Shown in pieces: positions 51,831 through 64,000 of a stretch of 64,000 nucleotides of DNA. Source of the stretch: Octopus sinensis (lineage: Eukaryota). The notes under the pieces were generated by a model that saw only the letters and a list, made by a program, of their open reading frames with translations, was not told where the DNA came from and did not search any database. Position 1 is the stretch's first letter. Each line of letters starts with the position of its first letter. Both the position numbers and the translations under genes were made by a program. The stretch lies in contig NC_042997.1 of NCBI RefSeq assembly GCF_006345805.1, forward strand, positions 117,180,001 to 117,244,000, written 5' to 3'.

Positions 51831-52884
51831 ATGACAAACATTTGTGAAGAGCTTATTTTACGTATCAGTTCAAAGAAAGCTAAAGTTTCCCGAATCAATG
51901 ACTCACTACATTGCCAAAGGTGTGGGACAAGAGGATTTTAGCACTCGGTATTTGAAAGCCTGTTTTATATTCACTGGGATGCATCCAATATTGACATTAA
52001 AACTTGTATTTTTTGCTTGGTATTTTGGTCCTGATATCAAGCATTAAAAGAAAACGTACAGCAGTCAGCATGATTCTCATCGTATAATGATTAGTTACAC
52101 ACCAGCTACGCAGAAGTCAGAAGCTTATGAACATATTTTAAAATATTATTGTTTGAGTTAGCGCTTTTTCTATGATGTACGCTGTCTTTAAATTTAAGTA
52201 ACTTATTTCAATCAACAATAACTAACCTGGCAATATTATTTTGGGTGAAGTACGGCTGGTTAAGAATTATCTTTGAGGAATTCATCAACGATATGCAATA
52301 ATAAACCACGATCAATTTTGTGATAGTATAATCGTATGCAATGATATATATTTTCTACTAGATTCCTTTGTTTTTAGTCCGAAGAGTCCGTTTCTCGTGT
52401 CGGTGAGTAAGAAATATTTCGGTGCTTCCTCATAACGTTTTCGTAGAGAAATTAATACGATATAAAGACTAATAAAATGGTATAAAGTATAAAATCGATG
52501 ATTGATTGCAATTTGATCCTTTATAATCACATTATATTTCAAACTGACGCTAATGAATATTCACTTCTTATCATACGATGACAATAATTCCTGATAACAT
52601 ATTACAGGTTGTTAGGACGTGTTCTTAAATATCTCTGGTCCTTTTGAAACCTTCACTCTTATCTATTAGTGAATTAATGGTTGATTACAAAGTCTAAAGT
52701 TGGACGATATATTTGTTCAACTTTCAAACACAATTTTGTCATAATCATCGCAGGTCATTAGTTTCTTCGTACGAATTCAGGTAGAAATAATAACATAACT
52801 TCGAGCTCATTAATAGAAGTTAGCGAAATGTCTTTATCAAACTAATTAATCAACGTCGTATTCAAATTTAACAATTAGGACGTA

Positions 52885-53099
52885 TACTCTTTTACTTGTT
52901 TCAGTCATTTGATTGTGGCCATGCTAGAGCACCGCCTTCAGTCGTGTAAATCGACTCCAGGACTTATTCTTTGTAAGCCTAGTACTTATTCTATTGTTCT
53001 CTTTTGCCGAACTGCTAAGTTACGCAAGCATAAACAAACCACCAGCGGTTGTCAAGCAATGTTGGGGAGACAAACACAGACACCGAAACGTATATACGC

Positions 53100-53168
<69 letters not shown>

Positions 53169-53363
53169 ATATATATATATTATATATATATATATATATA
53201 CATATATATGACGGGCTTCTTTCAGCTTCCTTTCTACCAAATCCGCTCACATGGATTTGGTCGGCCCGAGGCTATAGTAGAAGACACTTGCCCAAGGTGC
53301 CACGCAGTGGGACTGAACCCAGAACCATGTGGTTCGTAAGCAAGCTACTTATCACACAGCCAC
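52885..53363 (-). mobile_element. SINE family A, full length
   Basis: Collinear with 10472-10896, with an expanded internal (TA)n. Confidence 0.92.
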
Positions 53364-54092
53364 TGTTTAAGAAGGTAAGATTTTACTAGGTTTTTACGTC
53401 ACAACCAAGTGGTTCTAGATTCGATTCCATTGCATGTGTGAAATTTGTTGGGCAGAAATTGTAAGAAAGCTCTTCGTATGTACACATATGTTTGTCTAAT
53501 TAATTGATGATAGATAATCGACAGCTGCAATCCTACATACAAATGGTATTAAAGACAGTTGTGTACAGACACCTGTGCTTTTTGCGCATATTTTCAGCTA
53601 TTTTGACTGCTATAATTCAGAAATTGAGGATGGTTCCGCCTTACATTTTAATAATAACAATAGATTATTCACACATTTACAGATATTGGTTGAAATCAAA
53701 GATGGAAGCGAAAATCAAGTCCCAACTAACCCCTCACAAAAGGAATCCATGATACTCAAGAAAGGCATAATACTGCGATATTCATCTTTATAAAATGCGT
53801 CTCGTATAGATGTATGCTGCTGATAGAAAAAACACAGGTGTCTCAGCTACAGACGAAAAATATTTTTCTGTATCAGAAGGAGCGAAGTTTGGCTAGCATC
53901 GTCATAGTAGGGACCAGCTATAGATGACGCCACAGAAACCACGTCATCTGTCAGTTCCATCTGTGCTGGGCATTTTTCGACTTCTACTACACTTCTGTAA
54001 TTATTAACACTATACGAGTTGCTCCATTTGAAGAGTACCCTGGAAGTATGGCTTTCTTACATTAAATCCACATGAAGTAGGCTATATATATA

Positions 54093-54136
<44 letters not shown>

Positions 54137-54144
54137 ACACACAC

Positions 54145-54363
54145 TTGAGGGTGGGTACTAAAATATTCCTGGCTTTGGGTTAAAGAAAATACAGTAATAT
54201 CAGTATTGATTTTATTCAACATATTCTTCCCCTCTCAGATTCACACACGTTTTGCAGCGGTCTTTCAGTTTTTAAGCTCTATGAGAGAACTCATAAGGGT
54301 GGGACTCCGACCAAGCCTTTCACGATACGCTTAAAGCCAGGAACTCTACAGAACCCCTTCGTA
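54145..54363. mobile_element. Mariner/Tc1-like MITE, copy 4
   Basis: gggtactaaaatattcctggctttgggt..cccctctcagattcacacac..aagccaggaactctacagaaccccttcgta. Confidence 0.78.
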
Positions 54364-54400
54364 TATATACAGATAGATAGATACATACATACATAGACAT

Positions 54401-54437
<37 letters not shown>

Positions 54438-55591
54438 CATACAACGGATTTTCACCCAACCTCCCTCTACCAAGATCACTCACGATCAGTCAGGGCTTTA
54501 TAAGATGCCAAGCAGTGTGACTGAACCCGAAACCATGCTTCTTAACTACACAACCATATATATATAGTTGTGTAGTTGTATATATATATGCATGTGTGTG
54601 TATGTGTGTGTGTGTGTAAACACTTCCGTTTCCTTGTGGGAAAAATCACTTGTAAAGGAAAACAGAAAAGAAAATATTTTCAAATATTTCATTTGTGAAT
54701 GCATTTCTTCGGAATAGAAACTATAATCGCTTTATCTCCCTTGCTAATTACCTCTTCAAACATCGCCGATAGTAAACATGATTTAAATGCAAACTTCTTT
54801 ATCTCCATCGTTAAAAGAAATTATTCTTTAACTTTCATATATATCTGGATGGTTTTATCTAATTATATTAGTTTGCGTCCTTACATGCATGCGGAATGAA
54901 AGAGAAGGAAACCGTTCGTTTCTGACCGATTTATTAACCTTGCTTAGGTTTTTAGTTTTCTATTTATCTTCTCATCTCAACAAATCTAGGCGACCATATG
55001 TTTTTATGTATTTCCTCGTCTTTTAACAACTTTAGATGTTTACATGAGAATCTTTTGATTAGAATTTGAGTGGTTTTCATTCATCATTTTTTTTTTCTTC
55101 TCTCGAACTTCCAAGCAATACATTTATTTTATTCTTTATAGTTTATTTAATCGGTCAGATTAAACTGACAACAGCAGAAACGATTTTACTCTTTATCTGC
55201 TTCTCTTAAAGCCACTTCAATACGTCATGATTCAAGTGTTTTAAAGTCACTTTTAAACTATACTTCTAATTTTAAACTCTGTAAACTTTATTTTTTCAAT
55301 ATTTTCAACAAGGAAACATAATTTCATTTTCTGAAATATTAGAAACTTTTTGTTTTAATGGAAAATTCTTCTTCTTGTTTAGAATAAAATATAACAATGT
55401 ATTTGATGTCAATTATTCTCCGTAAATCCATATTATCAATTGTTGTTTTATATATTTTATATATTTGTGAATGCCATGAAGTAAGAGCTATGCTCCACCA
55501 TTATTAAAATGGTTTTACATTAACAAATAAAATTCTTGTCTAACATAATCTTCGAGACAGAATTCCCGGGGAATATACTGGTTTCAAATGT

Positions 55592-56043
55592 TGGTACGAG
55601 GCCAGCAATTTCAGGAGAAGGAGGATCGTCAATTACATAGACCCCAGTGCTCAACTAATACTTATTTTATCGACCTCGAAAGAATAAAACGCAAAATCGA
55701 TCTCGGCGGAATTTCTACTCGGAACATGATGAACCAGAAAAAATACCTATTTCTTTACTACCCACAAGGGACTAAACACAGAGAGAACAAACAAGGACAG
55801 ACAAACGGATTACGTCGATTACATTGACCTCAGTGCGTAACTGGTACTTAATTTATCTACCCCGAAGGGATGAAAGGCAAAGTCGACCTCGGCGGAATTT
55901 GAACTCAGAACGTAACGGCAGACGAAATACGGCTACGCATTTCGCCCGGCGTGCTAACGTTTCTGCCAGCTCGCCGCCTTCATGAACCAGAAAAAATACC
56001 ACTAAGCAGTTCGGTTTGTTAATGATTCTGTCAGCTCTCCGCC
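55592..56043 (-). mobile_element. Older SINE family B copy, split by a younger insertion
   Basis: 55592-55747 and 55982-56043 join into one collinear family B copy. Confidence 0.85.
55748..55981 (-). mobile_element. Young full-length SINE family B with a 19-bp target-site duplication
   Basis: A box TGGCAGAAACG and B box GAGTTCAAATTCC on the minus strand; ATGAACCAGAAAAAATACC at 55729-55747 and 55982-56000. Confidence 0.93.
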
Positions 56044-56129
56044 TTTTTTTCACGAGAAATATATTGTAAGATCTATCTGAAGCTAAAATTAGAATTAGAG
56101 TTCAAAATTTATCTTGTATCTTGTGTTTG

Positions 56130-56770
56130 TTAGACTGAGGCCACATTAGAGCATCACCTTGAAGAATTTCAGTCGAACAAATCTATTGCAGTACCTTTTA
56201 AGCCTCGTACTTATTTTATCGGTATATTTACGGGACGTAAACACACCAACACTGGTTGCCAAAAAGTAGTGGGTGGCAAACGCAGACGCAAAATCATTCA
56301 CTCACTCACACACAGACACACAAGCATACATACATGTGTGCGTGCGTGCGTGTGTGTGTGTGTGTGTGTGTATGTGTGTGAAGGCGTATGGCTAGTGGCT
56401 AGGGTGCTGCACTCACGATTGCGAGATCGTGGGTTCGATTCCCGGACCGGGCGGTGCGTTGTGTTCTGTAGCAAAGCACTTCAATTCATGTTGCTCTGCG
56501 ATCATTTCGACATGCAACATGTGGCACCCAGCTGCACCTGTACAGGTAATCTTGATTTGATAGAGGAAGTGAGCTTATGTCTACACAAATAGTTGAGTGT
56601 CCATTATATATATACCCGATGAGCTTCTTTCAGTTTTCGCCAACCAAATCCACTCAGAAGGCTTTCGTCGGTCCGAGGTGATAGTAGACATTTGTCCAGG
56701 GTGCCATGCAGTAGGACTGAACCCGGAACCATGTCGTTCGGAAGAAAACTTCTTATCACATGACCATGCC
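56130..56770 (-). mobile_element. SINE family A, interrupted in its central microsatellite
   Basis: 3' half at about 56130-56290 and 5' half at about 56610-56770. Confidence 0.8.
56380..56590 (+). mobile_element. Family D-related SINE nested in SINE A
   Basis: gaaggcgtatggctagtggctagg..gtgggttcgattcccgg..gttgtgttctgtagcaaagcactt (A and B boxes). Confidence 0.75.
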
Positions 56771-57700
56771 TGTGCCTGTTAGAAAATAGATTATAGTTAG
56801 AACCTAAAATGAATTAAAATCTAAACATATTATGAAGCTTGGATAAATAAACATTAGAGTAAAAAAGGTTTTTGTATGAATGCTTTCATCGAACTTGAAG
56901 CAGGAGAAACATTTTCTACAAATGAAACTGGTGTCAACAGATTAAATACCTCGCAGTATCTACTATTATTGTTTCAGGTCTCTGAGTTCAAATCACATCA
57001 AAGTCGATTTTATGTTTCATCCCCTTTAGGTCTTTGAAGTATAAATACAACTCACATAATCTTCAAGACAGGTGTCATATTTTATACTTCACAATAGAAT
57101 CGATTATTTCATTTCGTTTCTTAACATTCTGAGCGAAGATCTCAAGTGCTATTTCATCTGATATCATTTCATTGATGATATTTTAAATATAAATAAGAGA
57201 CTAGATCATTTCACTCCAAATATTTCCCTTGACTTATACACTTGTACATGTGACTTGGAGTTCTTGACAAATATTCGCGCATGTACAGTTTTCACTTTGT
57301 TTTTGTTTTCTGAGCTGAAAAGCCATTAACAGCTGATGAAATTAAAAGCCGATGAAATAAGCAACATAAACTTACTAATGTATGGCCACTATACACAGAC
57401 ACAGGATTCATGGATCATTAAAAGAACAATGTTTATAATAATAATTTTACTGACAGTCATTTATAATAACTTTCATTTGTATCTGGTAAAACAGTTTTTA
57501 TAGTTTCAAATTTGTTGCATTCGAGTATGACATCACGTCCTATCCAGTGGTGGATTTAACAAAATCTACACTGCTGCAAGCAATCAGATTAGGCGTCTTG
57601 TCTGAGAACTTCCTCCCTTTTTGTCGCATGGAGGGATTTACAAAGTTTTATATATATATATATCTATATATATATATATAATATATATTATTATAAAATA

Positions 57701-57822
57701 CAATTTAGGAATGGAGACAGGATCGTCCCTAGAAAGCAGCCATAACTCCAACCGCAAGTTGGCGTTGGAGTTATGCTGCTCTTTCTAGTGGACGAATGGC
57801 CTGTCTAGGCCATTCCTAATTG
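57701..57822. repeat. About 120-nt imperfect palindrome (MITE-like hairpin)
   Basis: caatttaggaatgg/ccattcctaattg, agacagg/cctgtct, tcgtcc/ggacga, ctagaaag/ctttctag, cataactccaac/gttggagttatg; 11-nt loop. Confidence 0.88.
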
Positions 57823-58039
57823 TTATATTTATACATATTTAGTCTTGACTATTTTCTCTTCCATTAGAGGCCGCTTGTACGCTAATTGTTTTTACTAATT
57901 TTTCTACCCTATTGATTATATATAGATATATATATATAAATCAGAGGAAGGATTAGATATACCAGGTATTGAAAGGTATATATAATATATATATATATAT
58001 ATACTTTTCAATACATTGTATATCTAATCCTTCCCTCTG

Positions 58040-58076
<37 letters not shown>

Positions 58077-58077
58077 G

Positions 58078-58129
58078 ATATATATATATATATCAGAGGG
58101 AAGGATTAGATATACAATGTATTGAAAAG

Positions 58130-58161
<32 letters not shown>

Positions 58162-58711
58162 ATAAAGAAGTTGAAATTGCACTGGGAGTCTTTTGGATGG
58201 TTTAATTTTTCTTTTCTGCATTTCTACCCGTAGTAACTTTGTTGCATGTACTGGTCGTAGGGACTTGCGACTTCAATTGAGGTCTACATAGTTTTGTTTT
58301 ATATTTTCACATAGGCCTACATAGCTTCGTTTTATATTTTTACATCGAGGTACATTCTCAGGTAAGAGTCACACACAGCATTCTGTACTATATTATTGTA
58401 CTGGCGTTAGTCAAAAATTTCGGAGTCTCAAGCAGTCGTTTTATAAACAAATACGAGGTTGTTTCGATGTCTCCGCGACAGGATAGTCATCCAACACAAT
58501 GGTAATCGATAACCAAACCCAAGGGAAGCATTTGTTAGCTGACATCATCCGTAGATGGGTTGATTTCTAAGAAATTAAACCCATAATGTTTCAACCGGAT
58601 TATTTATTATTGCTGATAATCGTCGTAGAGTCGATCGGTCGTAAGTCGACGACTTATAAATATATATATATATATCAGAGGGAAGGATTAGATATACAAT
58701 GTATTGAAAAG

Positions 58712-58743
<32 letters not shown>

Positions 58744-59251
58744 ATAAAGAAGTTGAAATTGCACTGGGAGTCTTTTGGATGGTTTAATTTTTCTTTTCTG
58801 CATTTCTACCCGTAGTAACTTTGTTGCATGTACTGGTCGTAGGGACTTGCGACTTCAATTGAGGTCTACATAGTTTTGTTTTATATTTTCACATAGGCCT
58901 ACATAGCTTCGTTTTATATTTTTACATCGAGGTACATTCTCAGGTAAGAGTCACACACAGCATTCTGTACTATATTATTGTACTGGCGTTAGTCAAAAAT
59001 TTCGGAGTCTCAAGCAGTCGTTTTATAAACAAATACGAGGTTGTTTCGATGTCTCCGCGACAGGATAGTCATCCAACACAATGGTAATCGATAACCAAAC
59101 CCAAGGGAAGCATTTGTTAGCTGACATCATCCGTAGATGGGTTGATTTCTAAGAAATTAAACCCATAATGTTTCAACCGGATTATTTATTATTGCTGATA
59201 ATCGTCGTAGAGTCGATCGGTCGTAAGTCGACGACTTATAAATATATATAT
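58078..59251. repeat. Tandem duplication, unit 582 bp
   Basis: Constant offset of 582 at several anchors (tcagag 58093/58675; aaagaag 58164/58746; gacttataaa 58651/59233); no mismatch seen by eye. Confidence 0.93.
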
Positions 59252-59269
59252 AATATATATATATAATAT

Positions 59270-59364
<95 letters not shown>

Positions 59365-59365
59365 A
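59252..59365. repeat. (TA)n microsatellite
   Basis: Directly visible. Confidence 0.96.
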
Positions 59366-60469
59366 ATAAAAATAAGGGCATGCCACTTAATTACGAGGAC
59401 TTATATTTTCTCAGAGTACTCCGTAAGGATACCTAGAATGTCTAGGGAAACTTGCAAAAGATGCTACGTACCTTCATCAGGAAAAGCCATGAATATGATT
59501 AAAAGGAAAAGTATCTGAAACGATGAGGTCATGGTTGGCAGGCATTCGACAAAAGTTGTCCCAACTTTTTCAGCTACTCTCTATACACACAATTTTACAG
59601 TCCAATGAGTACGCTGTAGATTGTAGCTCAATATCCCACAAATCATTTTATAATGCAGTTTTATTATGTCTGAAAATAGCATACGGGATGATGGCGGCTT
59701 GAGTACATTTGATCTTATATATGCTAGAGGACAGCTGACCTGATGCTAAGCAACAACACCAATGACAACAGCAGAAGATTTCTTTAGCTTTCACCTTCTG
59801 TTCTTGGACTCGTAGACAGCCCACACCTTGTTTTTATGTAATTATATTGTTTACTGATTTGAAATTGGCAACTTTCACTCAAAAATGATTTTCCGAAGAC
59901 GAATCTCTTTAAATTATGTTATAATTCGTTTATTTTATCAACTTATTAAGTTATATCTTTATTTCATTATTGTCAAATATGCAGAAATATGCCACAAAAA
60001 AACCTGTTATTGTCTTCAAACTGAAATTTTCTGTTCTACTGCAATTGGCTTCCATATTCTGATGCTATGAAGTTTTACATATGTTAAATTTTACACACAG
60101 AAAGAAATGGAAATCGATATTTTTATTATTGTAAGCATTATGCGTAAAATTTGTAATAGCAGAAGTGAAATTGGTTTTCGAAATGCATTGGAAAGCCAGT
60201 GACGTAGTTGAAATGGCTACGATTAGCAATTGACACAGGCTTGCAAATATATTTAGTCACATTTACAGAGGAAAGTGCTTTTCTAATTTCAAAAATAATG
60301 TTGGATTATTGACGCTTTTCAGCTTACTACAACTATTATATGCTATTCTGTCGTAATTTGTATTTAGTATGCAGAATTCTCCCTTGAGGTATTTTCTTTT
60401 AGCCCTACCGTGTATATTCAACATTAGTAATCAGGCTGTCTCTCAATCTGTACACACACACACACACAG

Positions 60470-60644
60470 ATATAGTAAGAATTTACAAAACAAAAACGAC
60501 AAACAAATGTATTACTTTAACGCTCAGGACGTGAGAAAGTCTTTTACATTTCGAGCCTACGCTCTTCGACAAAAAAGGAACACAGAAATAAACAGGGAGA
60601 GAAAATAGAAAAAGATTTAGCGGTTAGTGATCAATCATGACGAA

Positions 60645-60650
<6 letters not shown>
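60470..60650 (-). mobile_element. Penelope-like remnant with a hammerhead-like motif at 60541-60578
   Basis: Minus strand: CTTTT-TTGTCGA-A-GAGC-GTAG-GCTC-GAAAT-GTA-AAAG, then CTGAGCG; abuts (TA)n. Confidence 0.55.
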
Positions 60651-60682
<32 letters not shown>

Positions 60683-61484
60683 TTGTTTCTTAGACATGCC
60701 AACGGAACTGAATAGACTTTAATGACAATTGCTGACGTAATTTAATACGATCAAAACGTGTTCATAGTTTCCCAAATTAACTTTAAACATAAGATCTATT
60801 TGTTCCTGTATTGTATGAACTTCTCAAGAATTTGGATTAGCCGATATTATTATTGATATTTTTGGATCTTTTTGCTATTTTCTAGATTTTGAACAATTTT
60901 TGAGACAGTGTTTGTCTTCTCATAGTAAGGATATTCTCATTCAACCGAAAATAGTTTATAGTGTACGTAGATTTAGTACAAGGAATGTTTGTTACTTCAG
61001 TATCTTTCCCCAGGCTTATAGCTGATATAAAATATCACCTGTATGGACAGACCCGAGAAGGAAGAAAAATTGTCATTTTAGTATAAAGTCAAAGGTTTAA
61101 AAAAAAACGATAAAACTGACTTAGTATATGTCTGTTACATATTCTATGAAACCTAACGGGAAAAAAGAGCAATTCTGTCTTTTGAAGTATTAATATTAAG
61201 AAACGAAAACTCCGAAATTCAGTAATGTGAAGGACTTAATTCGACCCTCTTACAGCATCTAACACACGTTGGTTTTGCACTCTCACGTTTCGTGTTTCTG
61301 CTACTAAAGCTAATAAGAAGTTATTTTATTTGTCACAAGAGTATGAAATGATGAGTGACATTATAAGGGTAGTTTTACAATTTGCATAAGTGTTTACATA
61401 AACAGTGACGGAAAGAAAGGGAGGGAAGTGGGAATGAGACGAAAGTATATATAGTATACAATAATAAGTTAAATCTTTTTTACG

Positions 61485-61692
61485 ATAGGCTCAGGGCCTG
61501 AAGGTCTGGGGAAGGAGGCTAGTCGATTACATTGAACCTAGTACTCGGTTGATACTTATTTCATCGACCTTGAAAGGACGATGGGCAAAGTCGACCTCGG
61601 CAGGACTTCAATTCAGAACGTAAAGAGACGAAATATATTGGCCGCTAAGCATTTTTGTCCGACTCTCTAACAACTCTGGCACCTCTCCACCT
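61485..61692 (-). mobile_element. SINE family B
   Basis: ctagtcgattacattga..atcgaccttgaaagg..gcaaagtcgacctcggcagg..cagaacgtaaag..ccgctaagcatt. Confidence 0.85.
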
Positions 61693-62754
61693 TAAACAAT
61701 GACGATGTCGGCGGCGACGGCGATGAGGATGATGATGATGATGAATTCTTTTTATTGATTGACATAATGACAACGAGTTGACTGAACATTATCGAGTTTA
61801 AAAATAAGTGAATGAGCAGTCTGCAAATTCTTGTAGCGTTTCGACACTTGATGCTAATGTATAAGTGATGAAAGAGGTAGGCCAAGTCAACATATAGCAC
61901 GCTATCACTGCTAACCATGTTTTATCAGACATCCCATCTCTCTAACCTCACATTTCCGCTTCAAGTGCGATGCAAGAATGAAGCGGCTGAGATTTATCAA
62001 TAGTGAACTATCTGCGTATCGATCAAGCAATCTCTTGAGAAGCGAATGATGAATGGATAATAAATATATCATCCGTTTGTCGTTCCGTTGATAGAAACGG
62101 AGACGAAGGAGGAAATTGCTTTAGATGTCCTCTCTGGTGTTTAAAGTCATGGGCGAAATTCTGTCAAAGTAGTTATAGAATAATTAAATAACTGCGCTAA
62201 TTGGCATTTCTTGTTTGTTCTTGAACAGCACAGAGAGCTAGAATGGTAACTCAATATACAATCATTATGTAGCTAACACTCTGAAATAATCAAATTCTAG
62301 AGTCTTAGGTGTATGTAGGCAACATACTTAATCCCTGTTTCTGTAGCATCACACGAACGATAAATCTCTTCCAGGAGAGCGCGTCTGTCTGCAAGAGCAG
62401 ATAACTTATGCAGAATTTTCTAATATGCGTAGGTGGACAAAGCCACTGAGCATGATATATTAGTCAAGCATATTATTACACGTGAGTTGCGGAGAATATT
62501 TACGGCTCATTCTTCCCTTTTATTTTCTGATATGATGACCTAGCTACTTAATATTTGCACATTAAGAAAATGTATTACCTCAAGAAGATCAATATGCAGA
62601 GATAATTTTCGAACCAGTCTTGAAGGTGATTTTTTCGTGTAACTGGAGGTGTTTGGTTTCACTTTACGGAAGTATCTTCTTTTAAGTGCTGCGTCACTAT
62701 AGTGTGTTTATATGACTTTTCTGTGAGTAAAGGTGATATTATCATTAATAAAAA

Positions 62755-63190
62755 AAAGCAGCAAGCTGGTATTATCGTTAGCACGCTAGACGAAATGCTT
62801 AGAGGCATTTCCGTCCTTCCTTACGTTCTGAGTTCAAATTCCATCGAGGTCGACTTTGCCTTTCTTCCTTTCGGTGTCAATAAAGTAAGTACCAGTGAAA
62901 TACTGGGTAGATGTAATCGACTAGTCCCCTCCCCTAAAACTTCAGGTCTTGTGCCTTTAGTAGAAATTATTATCAAAAAGACGGCAAGCTGGCAGAAACG
63001 CTAGCACGCCGAGGAAAATGCTTAGCGGCATTTCGTCCATCTTTGTTCTGAGTTCAAATTTCACCGAAGTCCTCTTTGCTTTTCATCCCTTCGGGGTCGA
63101 TATAATAAGTACCATTTGAGCACTGGGGTCAGTTTAATCGACTGAACCCCTCTCCCAAACTTGTTGGCTTTGTGTCAAAATTTGAAACCC
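62755..63190 (+). mobile_element. Two tandem SINE family B copies (about 62755-62975 and 62978-63190)
   Basis: Each has aagctgg..ttagcacg..gttctgagttcaaatt..cctttc..taagtacc..aatcgact. Confidence 0.88.
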
Positions 63191-64000
63191 AGATTAGTTT
63201 ATATGTTCGTTATTTAAACTCTCGTCACCTTTTCTCAATGTGATTGGGGAAATCACCAACCTTTCAAAGCTTGTTTTCCATCGCTATTTATACACTAGTT
63301 CTCTGGATGTTACGAGCTGCGATTTCATCGCGATAAATATGATAAATGTCATATTCAACGACTGAAAGTTTCTAAGAAGCAAAACGAGAAGAAAAAAAAG
63401 TGAAAATGTTGATCAAATGATATTAGAAAATTCAGTGGCTTCGTTTTTTATTTTCTCTAATATGGCACATTTAGGTATTTAAAACATTTACAAAAGATTA
63501 ACAAAATATAAAGATAATGAATACCAACTTACGATGTAGTAATAAGTGTTCTCAGATTTGAAACTTAAAATTTACTTCTAAGACAAGACATTACTATTTG
63601 AAAGATAATAGTGTGTCGGTTCTACTTGATAATAACCTTTCAAAGAATTATGAGAAATTATAAGAATTCTTTGATATTAAGCTGGTTTGAAAATAAAGTA
63701 AGATATTATATCAATGTGTATTTGGTTCCTTGATTAAATCTTATTTCCAAAATAAACAGATACTTCTTAAAATATTTATCTTCAGATTCCCATTATCCAA
63801 GGTGTTTGTGAATGTGTGTAAAAGTAAGTTTGTGTGCATGTGTCTGTGGTTGTTTGACTTTGTATTTAGCTGCACGTATATATGCGTCAATATTTGTGTA
63901 GTTGAGTTTATTTGCTTGTGAGGTATGTGAATGTGGTTGTTTGCACATATTGTGTGATTGGTTACATTTGTTTCTATATGTATGAGGTTGTATATGTTTG

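Noticed and set aside
53694-53762. Possible exon ILVEIKDGSENQVPTNPSQKESMILKK after catttacAG
   Set aside because: No canonical GT donor nearby and no recognisable homology.
58480-58505. Minus-strand CTGTCGC-GGAGACATC-GAAAC (also in the duplicate copy)
   Set aside because: Two core mismatches, only a 2-bp stem II and no stem I or III pairing; not counted as a hammerhead.

Overview
AT-rich eukaryotic DNA dominated by microsatellites and interspersed repeats. The repeat families match those I recall from Octopus genomes (moderately confident, not database-checked). I find no protein-coding gene that I can support, so the window looks intronic or intergenic. Almost all long ORFs in the track are read-throughs of (TA)n/(TG)n/(CA)n/(CT)n repeats. 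The only recognisable protein sequence is decayed RLE-type (R4/Dong-like) non-LTR retrotransposon. Content: dozens of tRNA-derived SINE copies from at least 3 families (working names A, B, D), a further repeat family C, four copies of a mariner-like MITE, one Helentron-type (HINE/DINE-1-like) element, and many Penelope-like (PLE) remnants set in (TA)n. The best hidden signal is an apparently intact type I hammerhead ribozyme on the minus strand (30227-30290). Its 3' half lies in one arm of a 98-bp near-perfect inverted repeat, and about seven decayed hammerhead-like motifs occur elsewhere. Other points: three stacked insertions at 17.9-19.9 kb, a young SINE inside an older relative with a 19-bp target-site duplication, several long hairpins, a 582-bp tandem duplication with no mismatch seen, and a speculative two-exon cassette between inverted SINEs. 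All alignments and translations were done by eye, and repeat boundaries are approximate.
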